From positions 86,428,001 through 86,492,000 of the forward strand of contig OZ024742.1 in assembly GCA_964016885.1 (NCBI GenBank): a stretch of DNA of 64,000 bases, in the 5' to 3' direction. Position 1 is the first letter of the stretch; each line of letters opens with the position of its first letter. This DNA comes from Eledone cirrhosa. Its lineage: Eukaryota. The notes under the pieces are model-generated. The model worked only from the letters and a program-made list of their open reading frames with translations, was not told where the DNA came from and made no database searches. The translations under genes and the position numbers were made by a program. Shown here one piece after another: positions 14,933 to 28,059 of the stretch.

Positions 14933-15964
14933 GTTGGCTTAGACCCCGGATACTTGCCCCCCTTTTCCGACCGCTCCCACTATTCTCTGTGCCCTCTATA
15001 TTTCTTAGTGGCACTTATGCCTTATTTTTTCGTTTCAGTATTTCTTGCTTCGCTTTTCTTCTGGGCGGGGTGGATTCTGAACTTATTTCTCCGTATTCTA
15101 CCTTTATTTCGTACGAACTTTCATGTAGCTTGTTTTAGATCTTTTAGAGTTAGCATTAGTATATATTTTTCCCGGGACTCAGAATTATTATGTCGTACAA
15201 GTTCACTTTGCTGCACTGGGTCGTTGCTGGCCCGGGATGGAAACCTTTATTGTTTATTTCGTGGTAGTCTCTTTAGTATTTTGGCCCCTTTTGTTGACCA
15301 GTCACCGTATCATTTACGTACTTATACCTCTTAAAAGGGTCCTTGCCTAATTCGTCCCACCTAGTTCTTTTACTTATTTCCTTATTTATTTATTTATTTA
15401 TTTATTTACTTCTTTCTTTCTTTCTTTATTTTTTTCTTTATTTTATTCTCGCCTAACAATAGCCTGACACCTAGGTCGTAGAATTTAATTTTTTCTTTAC
15501 ACTTATTTGCTTTTCTTCACTCTCAGTATTTTTTCTTTCCTATTTTTACCCCCCATTGTTCTACCTACCGTTCCGACTTCCTCCCCCTCCCCCTCCCCTG
15601 TATCTTCTTTGACCTCATGCCCAGCTGTAGCTGGCACTACCAACGCTTGATTGGGTCTACTCCACCCCCTCCCCTCTTTCTCCTACTGGCAGGTTTAGCC
15701 ACCATCTCCCCTACTAATTTGCAACCACAGAATTACTACTGATTTTTGACAATCACTTTGACCATATATGGAATTACCCCTTGAGAAGATCGGCTATTTA
15801 AATACCAGGATAAATGTTCATTTAGTCCAGAATTAGCCGTCGAAACGGCTTGAGCTCAGCTGTCGGGGTCTTACTGGTTCCTATTACCCACTCTACTACC
15901 TCAAGTATTGAGTACTTTGGTGCGTTATGGTCCACCTGGTTCCTTACCACATTTCCTTCGTTAT
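14933..15964 (+). repeat. 5' pseudo-LTR (5'-truncated) of Naiad A
   Basis: Matches 18474-19505. Identical spurious ORFs at 14954 and 18495 confirm the identity. Confidence 0.93.
15776..15869 (+). ncRNA. Type I hammerhead ribozyme, U3-A8 core variant
   Basis: Stem I ACCCC/GGGGT; core TTGAGAA; stem II GA(T)CGGCTA/TAGCCGTC; GAAA; stem III CGGCT/AGCTG with palindromic TGAGCTCA loop region; GUC cleavage after 15864. Confidence 0.8.
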
Positions 15965-16054
15965 CTAGCTCCTACTCCCGTAGTAGAGCACTTTCCGACC
16001 CTACCACGCCGTATCCAGACTTTTCCGCTAAGCTCAATTCATTTCACCCGCACC

Positions 16055-18207
16055 ATGCGAAAACACAACATTGACTTCTCTACCAAGAACATCCCAATCC
16101 CACCGAAAAAACTTTACCTTCGGATGCTCACGCAAAAAATTGATCTATTTGCGAAAAGACTTAGATGGAGAACTTTTTTCTATGACAGATATTGCGACAA
16201 CCAAGACTTCGGCACCAAGGAGAGATTCGGATTTATTACCTACAAATCTCCGCCCCTGAACCCCTTGCTCGCACCCTTCGAGAATGACCTCTTCCAACTG
16301 GTCAAGAACATTAAATTTAAACCCAGACACAACCGATTCCTACAAAAACTCCGTAGCAACTTAACAGAGTATGATAACACAAATGACATCATGGTGCATT
16401 CGGATAAAACTGGGAACCTATACTTTGTCAACCCTGACAGATACCACACACTGATCAGGAGCAGCCTAAACTCCACCTATAAAAAGGCCAACCACTCTTG
16501 CATCGAGGACATAAATCGAGATGGACAACAAATCACCTCCAGCCTCGGGGTCGCCGACCGCACGGAACCTCTAGACCCACGGACACCATACTTCACACTG
16601 AAGGACCATAAATCCGATTTTGACCGTAAACCCTCCATCAGGCTTATTAACCCAACGAAGTCCGACATAGGGAGAATCAGCAAAAAAATCCTAGACCGCG
16701 TGATACCAAAAGTCAAGCAACACACCCGACTTAGCCTATGGATCAACACCCAGGAAGTAATCTCCTGGTTCAGCAATATGGAGGATAAACGAGAAACTAA
16801 ATTCATACAGTTCGACATAGAGAGCTACTATGCTTCAATCACCTTACCGCTACTTACTGCCGCCTTGGACTTCGCCGAAACACTCGTGCCCATCACCGAC
16901 CAGGAAAGAAAAATCATCCTCCACGCCAGGAAGACAGTCTTACTCTTTGACGACTCTAAATGGATAAAAAGAGCTCCCGACTCACCCTTCGACGTCAGCA
17001 TGGGCGCCACGGATTCGGCGGAGGTCACTGATCTTATAGGATTATTCCTAATAGCCAAACTCACTGATATGTTTCCTGCATTCGGTGGTGGATTGTACCG
17101 TGATGATGGGCTCCTTACCCTTAAAGGGTACAACCCCAGTAGTACAGATCGGGTCCGGAAACAATTAATCAGATTCTTCCGCGACTGGGGATTTAAAATA
17201 ACCCTACAAACGTCCCTGACCCGAGTAAACTTCCTGGACGTAACCCTCGACCTCGAAAACGACCTGTACTACCCATACAGGAAACCTAATGACAATCTGC
17301 ACTACATCCACCGCCGATCAAACCATCCTAGGAACATCACAAACAACCTGGTCAAAAACATCTCCCTCCGCATATCCCGTTTGTCAGCTAATGAGCGGAT
17401 ATTCGATGAACATGCGCCTTATTACAACCAGGCCCTCAAGCGGAGTGGTTTCCGGGAGGAAATATCCTACTGTCCAGATCCCATTAGCGGAACCAGCAGG
17501 AGACACCGCCGCTCACGCAATGTAACATGGTTCAATCCTCCCCACAACGCAGAGGTGACTACTCCCATCGGGAAACTATTCTTTAGGCTCATTGAAACAC
17601 ACTTCCCATTACAACACCGCTACCACAACATAATTAACAAAAAACCATCAAACTCTCTTACAGCACTACACCAAACTTCGCACAAAACATCGTCTCCTCT
17701 AACAACAAAAAACTCAACCCCGATGGCAGAAATAACCTAAATAGCAGTGGAGAACCGACCAGGAGGTGTAACTGCCCGGATAGATCTATTTGCCCACTCG
17801 ACAATAGATGCAGAGACCGTAATGTGATCTACCAGTGCAACGTGAGGACGGATACCTCCAACAAAGCCTATATAGGACTTACCGCATGTGACTTCAAGAC
17901 CCGGCTATACCAACATAGACATACCTTCCGAAACCCGGCCCGGCGTCACGCCACTACACTTTCGGGCCACATATGGGACCTCAAGGACAACAACATCACC
18001 TATGATCTCACTTGGAGATTACTGTCCAGAGCCAATTCTTACACGGGAGGACGCCGTCCGTGCAATTTATGCTCGGAGGAAACTTTACAAATGCTGTTTT
18101 CGACGGACCAACTCCTAAACAAGAAAGATGAACTGGTTACTGCATGTAAACATAGATTGCGTAGGACTTACCTCGCCCTCAAACCCCATAATGACCCGGG
18201 GGGGTAG
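16055..18207 (+). CDS. PLE polyprotein: reverse transcriptase + CCHH-flanked GIY-YIG endonuclease, one frameshift near 17640
   Basis: N-terminal MRKHNIDFSTKNIPIP; RT motifs IRLINPTKSDIG, FIQFDIESYY, FDVSMGATDSAE, GLYRDDGL, VNFLDVTLDL. After the shift the frame reads CNC..CPL..C, YIGLT..FKTR..H, CNLC..E, LNK.DELV..C.H, matching Naiad architecture. Confidence 0.9.
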
Positions 18208-18473
18208 ACTAGGGCTATAACACCCCAGTTGCCGATTTTGCAATGGGTAACCCCTGCTTGCCAAGGAAGACGTAAGATCTTCTTTGTATTCTTTTATCGC
18301 ATCCTTTATTTCCTTCCCCCCCTCTCCTTTGTCCTTCTACCCCAGCTCTTCTCCTTTGTCGGCGTCTTTTCTCGCCCACCCGAGGCTGCCCTTTGGCCCC
18401 ATGTAGCCTTAGTACCCCCACTCCCCCCTCCCCTAGTCTTTGATAGATTTGGCGGACTCCGCCCTTTATAGCA

Positions 18474-19501
18474 GTTGGCTTAGACCCCGGATACTTGCCC
18501 CCCTTTTCCGACCGCTCCCACTATTCTCTGTGCCCTCTATATTTCTTAGTGGCACTTATGCCTTATTTTTTCGTTTCAGTATTTCTTGCTTCGCTTTTCT
18601 TCTGGGCGGGGTGGATTCTGAACTTATTTCTCCGTATTCTACCTTTATTTCGTACGAACTTTCATGTAGCTTGTTTTAGATCTTTTAGAGTTAGCATTAG
18701 TATATATTTTTCCCGGGACTCAGAATTATTATGTCGTACAAGTTCACTTTGCTGCACTGGGTCGTTGCTGGCCCGGGATGGAAACCTTTATTGTTTATTT
18801 CGTGGTAGTCTCTTTAGTATTTTGGCCCCTTTTGTTGACCAGTCACCGTATCATTTACGTACTTATACCTCTTAAAAGGGTCCTTGCCTAATTCGTCCCA
18901 CCTAGTTCTTTTACTTATTTCCTTATTTATTTATTTATTTATTTATTTACTTCTTTCTTTCTTTCTTTATTTTTTTCTTTATTTTATTCTCGCCTAACAA
19001 TAGCCTGACACCTAGGTCGTAGAATTTAATTTTTTCTTTACACTTATTTGCTTTTCTTCACTCTCAGTATTTTTTCTTTCCTATTTTTACCCCCCATTGT
19101 TCTACCTACCGTTCCGACTTCCTCCCCCTCCCCCTCCCCTGTATCTTCTTTGACCTCATGCCCAGCTGTAGCTGGCACTACCAACGCTTGATTGGGTCTA
19201 CTCCACCCCCTCCCCTCTTTCTCCTACTGGCAGGTTTAGCCACCATCTCCCCTACTAATTTGCAACCACAGAATTACTACTGATTTTTGACAATCACTTT
19301 GACCATATATGGAATTACCCCTTGAGAAGATCGGCTATTTAAATACCAGGATAAATGTTCATTTAGTCCAGAATTAGCCGTCGAAACGGCTTGAGCTCAG
19401 CTGTCGGGGTCTTACTGGTTCCTATTACCCACTCTACTACCTCAAGTATTGAGTACTTTGGTGCGTTATGGTCCACCTGGTTCCTTACCACATTTCCTTC
19501 G

Positions 19502-19505
<4 letters not shown>
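18474..19505 (+). repeat. 3' pseudo-LTR of Naiad A
   Basis: Direct repeat of 14933-15964, terminating in (TA)n. Confidence 0.93.
19317..19410 (+). ncRNA. Type I hammerhead ribozyme, U3-A8 variant (3' pLTR copy)
   Basis: Same sequence as 15776-15869; predicted cleavage after 19405. Confidence 0.8.
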
Positions 19506-19551
<46 letters not shown>

Positions 19552-19822
19552 ATACACATATATATATATATATATATAGTAGAACACAGGAGGGTTTTAT
19601 CCATAGTAGAGCACTCAGTCTATGGGACGAGTTGGGTATAAGTAACTGTTGTGTAACTACTTCTATATGCATATATATATTAAATTGTTAAGCAATATGC
19701 AACGATTATGTCAAAGAATTAGTTTTACAGTAGATTGGAAGCACTCAACGGTTAAAAAAAATGTCTGAAGTTATTAATATTAAAATATAAGTATTAGTAA
19801 AATAGATGTTCTTTTGATCAAT

Positions 19823-19880
19823 TACATTTTATTATACGTATTTCGGATGTACCAAAGTACGTCCTCATCAGACAAAATAT
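19823..19880 (-). ncRNA. Minimal type I hammerhead ribozyme
   Basis: Minus strand: ATATTTTGT-CTGATGA-GGACGTAC-tttg-GTACATCC-GAAA-TACGTA-TA-ATAAAATGT; palindromic stem III; AUA cleavage triplet. Confidence 0.85.
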
Positions 19881-20409
19881 AATGATACATGACATACCCT
19901 GAGATGTTAAATGGTTAAGATTTAATCAAGCTAGTGATTAACCGAGGAGAACATTTTACTTATATCCTATTTATGAGAAAATGCGAAAACGTAATAAATT
20001 CATTAGAGAATGTGGGAGTAATAAAAAATGTTGCATACTGTAACTGTTCTAAAATGTTAAAGTGTATGATACTACGACATATCTAGGAAAACGTCTCATG
20101 AATCATAACAGCCAGTGATTTCCACTGGAACAAGATTTATAAAGAGGGAAAAATAAAGTGTGTGTGTGTGTGTGGAGGGGGTGATATATGCAGAAGGAGG
20201 TTTTTTCGAAAGTTAAACGGTTAGATTTGAAAATATTTAATTTATAATATTAGGGTGAAGACTCCAGATTTCAGGATTATTTGCTGGTTATATAAATATT
20301 ATTTATATAAATTCGATAATCGTGTTATCATTTCTAAATTTCTAAATGTTGAGAGTAACGTTTAAAGGATTTAGCTGGCACATAAAAAAATGAAATATTA
20401 TACTGTTGA

Positions 20410-22555
20410 TTGGTTAAGGTAAATAAAGATGCTGAAGGAAAAACGAACAACAATCAGTTTGAATCTTTGTTTAAATCAAGAAAAAATCCTCCATACAACA
20501 AACTTCTGGGGGTTTTTGAAACAGAAATGCTCGGCATAATTAAAAAAATTAAATTTAGGAAAAACCCATATATATATCACCAATACCTCAGATCTCTAAC
20601 AGATAAAATCACTGAAATAAAAAAATGTTAAATCTGACAAAACTAATATTTCATATGGGATAGGCAAAGATGAATATAACGACCTGATTCTGAAAGAACT
20701 TAGGAAAAATTACAAAAAAGCCCCGGCTGATGATCTTACTGAAATTAATGAAGAAGCCTATAAATTAATTACCAATCTAGGAATACAAGGAAGAACTGAG
20801 CCATTCTGACCTAGACAGCCGAGGATTAACCTGAAGGATCAAAAAATAAACTTTAAGGAAGAGATGCCAGTTAGACTGATTGCTCCATCGAAATCGGATA
20901 TAGGAGTAATCAGTAAAAACATCATAAATTGAATATTACCCACTCTTCAATTGAGATCTAGTTTGAGCTTATGGAAAGATACAAATGAGGCCATTGAATG
21001 GTACACGAATATTGAAGATAAAAAAAACTATAAATTCATTCAGATGGATAATACTAGCTACTATTCTTCTATAACAGCTAAACTTCTAAATAAGGCCGTC
21101 TCATATTCTTATAAGCACACTGATCTAACCACAAATGAAATAGATATAATGTTAACAGCCAGAAGAACTCTCATTAACTTCAATAACGAATTTTGGACAC
21201 GCTCAGATAGAGATAGAAACTTTGATATCACTATGGGGGCACCTGATTCCGCGCAAATCACATATCTTCTGGGAATTTTCATATTAAACATGATAAATAG
21301 AAAACTGTCGGAGATTGCCGGTGGTTTATATAGGGACGACATTTTATTTACGGTGGTCAAACACAGCAATATAGAATTAAATAGAGTTAAGAAAAGTATA
21401 ATAGAATTCTTTAAAACGTACGACCTTAAATTAGAAGTAGAAAATGGTACCAACATAGTTAATTTCCTTGACGTTACTTTAACTTAAACACTGGCTTCTA
21501 TTACCCTTTTCATAAGCGTAATGAAAACTTAAATTATGTTAGTAACTATTCAAATCACCCTAGATCTGTAAAAAAAAGTTATAGTAAATAGTGTGCAAAG
21601 ACGTATTAATAAAATATCAGCTAATAAAATATATTTGATAAAAATGTTGAATACTACAACAACGCGTTAAAAAGAGCAGGATATATGAATAATATAGAAT
21701 ATGTAGATAATACAAATCCAAGTATTATTCCTAATAATAATAATAAAAACAATAACATATGTAAGAGTGACTCTAATAATTATAACTGAAACACACATAC
21801 GCTAAATAAATCGAAAATACAAACTAGATCTAAACCACTCATATGGTTTGCACCCCCTGCTTCGGTCGCAGTTAAAACAGCAATTGCAAAACTATTCTTT
21901 AAAGCTCTTGACACCTCTTCCCCTACTCAACATAAATACCATTCCATTTTTAATAGACATACCATTAAATTCGCAAATTGTACAACCAGTAACATGGCCC
22001 CCCAAAACGCCAAATTAAACGCCAAAATCCTAAAACCAAACCAACATAATGATCATAATAATAGAGTTAACATTAATGATACTAAACCAAAATGTAATTG
22101 TAGAAATAGAACTAATTGCCCTTTGCAAAATAATTGTGTAGATAGTAATTTGGTTTATAAATGCACCGTAAAATCTGATAAACAAACATACAATTACATT
22201 GGATCATCCTCGTCCACATTCAAAGCTCGATTTGCGAACCATAAATGCTCATTCTCGAACTCTAAGAGGATATCATCCACATCTTTATCACAGATCATAG
22301 GGTCTTTAAAAGAGAAGAATTTAGAATACTCCATTCTTTGGACAAAACTTCGGAACTATGGAATTTACCGCAACTTTAGTGTTATCACATAACTGCCCGC
22401 TCTGTACAATGGAGACCCTGTTGATTATTAATAATTATGAGACCCTAATTAACAAAAAAAGTGAATTATTCTCTAGTTGCCTCCATAAAGCTACGTCGAC
22501 TTTTTTAGCCTCACATGAAACGAGAAAGAAAGAAACAATTATACCAAACCAATAA
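20410..22555 (+). pseudogene. Degenerate Naiad-type PLE ORF, family C
   Basis: FKSRKNPP, VRLIAPSKSDIG, FIQMD, FDITMGAPDSA, GLYRDD, VNFLDVTL, CNC..CPL..C, YIGS..FKAR..H and CPLC..E, with many stops and frameshifts. Confidence 0.88.
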
Positions 22556-22656
22556 CAACTCGGTTACCAGGAATATATAATCAACAGTAAAAAAACATTA
22601 ATGGCCTTTAATATCATTTTATAACTATATATAGAAGAAACAACGCTAGAATGCAT

Positions 22657-22920
<264 letters not shown>

Positions 22921-22930
22921 TGTTTAAGAA

Positions 22931-23111
22931 TAATTGTTTCTACTTTTGGCACAAGGCCAACAATTACTCAGTGCATTACTGGTACTTTATTTTATCGACC
23001 CCATATGGTTGAAAGGCAAAGTTAACCTCGGCGGGATTTGAACTCAGAATGGAAAGGGCCGAAACTCTATGCGTCAAATTATGGCGTCCAACCCTCTACC
23101 GATACTGCCAA
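22931..23111 (-). mobile_element. tRNA-derived SINE (main family)
   Basis: Same core; B box GAGTTCAAATCC on the minus strand. Confidence 0.85.
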
Positions 23112-23491
23112 TATAATGTAAATAAGATAGTTAAACGAAAATGTGTAAAATTGTATGCAAAATAGTCACTGCCACTCTTCTGTCGTATAACCCTCTATGT
23201 TTCGACTCTAGTGGCAAATCAGTCTCCAGAAGCTCACGACCTTCACTAGCAGACTGGTGGATGGGCGTCAATAATGATTGGCGCCCATCCACCATTTTCG
23301 TATGTATTTAGAAACCGCTTCGCTACGCTGAAGCTTCTCAATACATTTAGTAGCTCAGCCACGCCTTTCTCAGCATTAACCTCGCTACTTGTATCCAAGT
23401 GGCAGCTGAGGAGATATCCAACGTGAGGTTTAACGCTTTCAGATGGCAACAGGCCATGTTCATTATTCTCTGTTAGAAATGGTTGGTGTGG

Positions 23492-23572
<81 letters not shown>

Positions 23573-24196
23573 GGTATATATAACCACGGGTATTTGTTAA
23601 CCGCTAATGTTTCCCATAGAAACGTTAGGTTTGACGACTTTGTACGGCAACAGGCCAGCTTACCGTCAGAAGATGTAGCATTGGTCTCCCCTCTCCGGTG
23701 TCACTGGCTTTGTCATTGTTTCTTTCGTCAGTAACATCGCGTGGTGTCCTCATCAACAGGATTCTACACAACACAACAGGACATACTGTAATCAAAGAAC
23801 GCAATGCCGCATACAAGATTTGGAACCGCCTAGGACTCCACCCAATAGACATTCCTCTTCATCTTCCTCCAGTAGACTTCAAATACCCCCTACACCATAT
23901 GGGTATGCCATTCAATGCGTCATGGCCTGAGATAGGCAAGCACGCCAGATCGACTAGCAACGGCTCTCATGTTTTTCCTGGTATATATTTATTTACGACA
24001 CCACATATACATACCTATCTACTTTGTTTCGAATCTCAGCACTGTGTGAAGATAATTGAATATAAACTAAACCTGAACGAGACCACTTAGAAGACGTCGA
24101 CTGTTTTTTCAACAAATATTCAAGTATAATTTTGTTTATATCTCGACATATTGTGTCATACAATCACAATAATTGTTATTAATAATATTATTACTA

Positions 24197-24387
24197 AGGG
24201 TGGTGGCGTGGCAGTATTGGTAGAGGGTCGGACGCCATGCTTTGCAGCAAATAATTACGGCCCTTTATAATCTGAGTTCAAATCCCGCCGAGGTTAACTT
24301 TGCCTTTCATCCTTCCGGGGTCGATAAAATAAAGAACCAATAATACACTGAGATAATTGCTGTGCTTGTGCCAAAAGTAGAAACAAG
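24197..24387 (+). mobile_element. tRNA-derived SINE (main family)
   Basis: A box TGGCAGTATTGG, B box GAGTTCAAATCC, conserved core, TA-rich tail. Confidence 0.85.
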
Positions 24388-24799
24388 TATTACTATTATT
24401 ATTAACACTCGTAATAATAGTACACATAATAGCATTGATATCAGCAACAACCTTATTTGCAGTAGCGGTTGTAGTAGTAGTAGTAGTAGTAATATTTCAA
24501 AGATATCGTACAGTGTTTAAATTTTTTGTCCCGAAACATAGCATTCGGACAAAAGAAATTGATTGAATAAGTTCCAGATTTCGAAATAAAGTGTGATATT
24601 CGTAAAAGGAAGGTGTTGCAACATAGCCACAGTTTCATTTTATCTGTGCATCATCATGAAGCGTAAGCGAGCACGATTTATTCTTTCTATTAAGTAAGAA
24701 TAAATGCTAAACCTCCAAGTTATGGCTGACACGTAGTATCTTTCACTCGTCTCCAATGGATGGCCGTTTCATGTGGTATTCAATTATAGGAAACAAAAT

Positions 24800-25720
24800 T
24801 TCGATGGGGTTATCTTAACGAGATGTCTACGAATTCGAATTAATATAAATATAGCTGGAAGTATATATGGTGGTTGTTGTAAGTCTGCCGAATTATGTAT
24901 CTAAAAAGATTTGGAGCGGGGAATGATTTCTAACATTATACTATATATGTGGTGATGTAGCCTTTGAAATATCAAAAATTAATCAAAGAATCCAAGTAAG
25001 AGATATGGCTATTAATAATAGCATATATGTAAATGATATGGCATTGGTTTCGATAGCAAAGAGGCTGTGAAATCTCTTCACAAAGAAGTAATACTAGTCT
25101 TTGAATCTAAGTGAATGGTTTGAGATATAAACGTTGGTAGCACGATGCAGTTGATCATTTAAGTAAAGGTCATCAATTGTATGAATATTTTAAATATCTT
25201 GGTGTTATGCTATTGGAGAAATGCTATGCCAACTGCGAAGGAAACATTGGAGGAATAAGCTCATCTTATACGGAGTAACTTCAATATATTTTAACTAATA
25301 TTAGGGTAGACAGGTCGTATATAAGGTCAGTATTGCGATATAGTTGGGAATATGGTCCATTTCTAAAGGTATAGGAAATATTGAAGCTTTTTTAAGGGAT
25401 GGCTGTAAACGAATATGGTGTAAAATTCTGTAATTCTCAAGTACAATATCTTGAAACATATTATGTAGTTATGGTAGAAGAGATTTCAAAAGAATTGTCA
25501 TTATTGCAGTGAGTGAGTTGACTGGACCAGGCCGCAATAGAATGCTTTTCTATGATAGCGTGAAAAAGGTCAACAAGAAATGTATTGAGCAGGGAGATAT
25601 GTTTAAATGATAGAGAATAAATGAGAATTCTTTTTGTATAGTTCCTGATTGCCGGCTCTTTCATATTTTTTATATGCAGATTATATGAATAATGTAACAC
25701 TTACAAAATATATTTACTCT
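24800..25720 (-). mobile_element. Highly decayed PLE-like relic
   Basis: Remnant LRIR*AYSS..SF resembles the PLE thumb motif; no intact ORF. Confidence 0.3.
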
Positions 25721-26129
25721 GATATGTATGTTTCGAGTAAACTTAACTTGCATTTTGCAATTTATGTCCCTCTCCAAAGGAATTTAAGTGACTTAAACTA
25801 TATTTAAACGATCTGATTGAACTAGCGTTTCCCGGGTTACTTCTCTTCCTATATGAAGATATTTTTCTTCTCATAATTATTTCAAAATATATATATTATA
25901 CAAAAACTATATCAAAATTGTAATGATAATAGAATTTTAAAATGAAAATCTGTCAAGCTTGAACCACCTCAGGGTTAACAATATTCATTGTGTAATTTTT
26001 TTGTTGGTGTGCAAATGAATAAATTGTCCTTGCTTCCAACTCCTGAGGAGCCAACATTGATCGTCGGAGAAGCATAAGTATGTATATGTAAATATGTGCA
26101 TATATATGCATATATATGCATATATCACA

Positions 26130-26170
<41 letters not shown>

Positions 26171-26242
26171 CGATAGACAGATAGATAGATAGAGAGATAG
26201 ATATATAGATAGATAGAGAGATATATAGAGATATAGATATAT

Positions 26243-26279
26243 GTTATGGTTCACCTGGTTCCTTATCACACCACCTTCG

Positions 26280-26283
<4 letters not shown>
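26243..26283 (+). mobile_element. ~40-bp 3'-terminal fragment of Naiad A in a (TA)n tract
   Basis: GTTATGGTTCACCTGGTTCCTTATCACACCACCTTCGTTA(TA)n matches the pLTR terminus at ~19465-19505. Confidence 0.8.
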
Positions 26284-26338
<55 letters not shown>

Positions 26339-26549
26339 TATGTATATGTTTGTGTAGCCATATGTTGTTGTTATCTAATACTTTGTGTTGTAAGAGGGTG
26401 ACGGATGTTTTTTCGAGTTTGTCTATTAACTTTAACCTTTAAAAACTTAAGTTCTGTTTAGTGTCAGCGGATTACTGACGCGCTTATATACACAGCCACC
26501 TACACGCACAAACGCTCCCTCACACACATACACATTTACACTCCCCCTC

Positions 26550-26631
<82 letters not shown>

Positions 26632-26739
26632 CATATATATAAGCTTATACACAGCCACGAGTTTACAGGTAGAAATACTTATACTTCGATATTAATATGT
26701 GTGTGAGTGTGGTGTGTGTGTATGTGTGTATATGAGCTG

Positions 26740-26785
<46 letters not shown>

Positions 26786-27357
26786 TGGGTGTATGTGTGT
26801 ACATGTGTGTGTGTATGTGTGTGCATGTACAAGTAAAATATACATCCTATCCGCAGAATATCAAGCCGAAATTCCTTTCATCTGTTGAGTCATTGTTCTA
26901 TACTTCATGATCTATATCCTGATTAACACCAACACTATATCACACCCTCTATATATACTTAGTAAATCCACTACGACATTTTACCCTTTATATATATATG
27001 CCTGTGTATATGTATGCGTGTGCGTATATATGCCTGTGTGTATATATGCCTGTGTGTATATATGGCTGTGTGTATGTATGTGTGCGTGTCAAACATAAAC
27101 TTATAAAATACAAACACAGACCCTAGATTCATACAAACACGCACATAGAGTTTCACCTCCAGCGTTTCGTTATGTCACTCGTCACAGAAATATATGTATG
27201 CTCATACACACATACACTCTCAGATACACTCACACACATATACTTGACAGTCGTCACATATGTATATATATATATATAAATGTGTACATATTTGTGTGTT
27301 TATTTGTCTGTGTATCTGGGAAAATATTTACATAAAGATATGTGTCTACGTAACTTA

Positions 27358-27635
27358 CTAGGGCGTAACGTACGTAACGAACGCGCTAATACAAGCACAC
27401 TCACAGACACATACACACTCCTATACAACATATGACGTCGCCGTCGTCGTTGTGTTATAAAATATCCGTTTACTTAGTTATCTATAGTAGATTATTAAAA
27501 TGTTATATTGTTTTAATCCAAATGAAAACGAGATTTACATGTTAATTCCGGGGTCAAAATTGTATTTGATTTGGTCAAGCGGTTTCTGAATGTATGAGGA
27601 AAAGACAGACACGGAAGCAAAGAATTTTATATAGA
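27358..27635 (-). mobile_element. Possible small non-autonomous Helitron
   Basis: Minus strand TCTATATAAAATTC...TGTCTGTC start; near-palindrome CGTTACGTACGTTACG just before CTAG|T. Confidence 0.4.
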
Positions 27636-28059
27636 GAGTGATTATTTTCCACAATAATGCTACTTAAAAATTCCGGAAGTTGCATAGGTTTTAGTTACAA
27701 TAAGAGAGCACTTGTAATTATTCTAGGCGAAGCCATTTACTTGTATGGATGAACATTCTACCAGAAAACATAGGTAATGGAAATAGCATGGAACATTATA
27801 TTAACGAATATGTTGTTTTATTTTCTTTTGTTAATGACAGAGCAGATTAAAACAAACCTCTTTAGGGATGCGTGAATATGGCCGTCATCATCAATTTTGT
27901 TGAGCTTATTTACTCTATTCTTCATATCTAAGTGAGTCTATTTATTCTCCATACGCAAATTAGGGGATAACAAAAAATCTTATGGTAATCATTTTCATTA
28001 TAAATCATAATGCAGTCATATATTTGTTTTCTTAGAGCATTTTCTGTGATTTCTGATAA

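Larger units (their letters stand above)
14933..19505 (+). mobile_element. Naiad-type Penelope-like retroelement, family A, near-intact (pLTR-ORF-pLTR; 3541-bp unit)
   Basis: Direct repeats 14933-15964 and 18474-19505 (offset 3541, no difference seen) flank an RT + GIY-YIG ORF. The 3' end ...CCTTCGTTA runs into (TA)n, and each repeat contains an HHR. Confidence 0.93.

Noticed and set aside
14954-15334. 126-aa ORF duplicated at 18495
   Set aside because: Non-ATG start, T-rich UTR inside the pLTR, no motifs.
16055-18207. Selenoprotein Naiad (UGA recoding, SECIS)
   Set aside because: No in-frame TGA seen, and the zinc-finger positions read TGT/TGC. Stops in families B and C look like random decay.
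24197-24290. tRNA genes
   Set aside because: A/B boxes belong to SINE heads; no complete cloverleaf.
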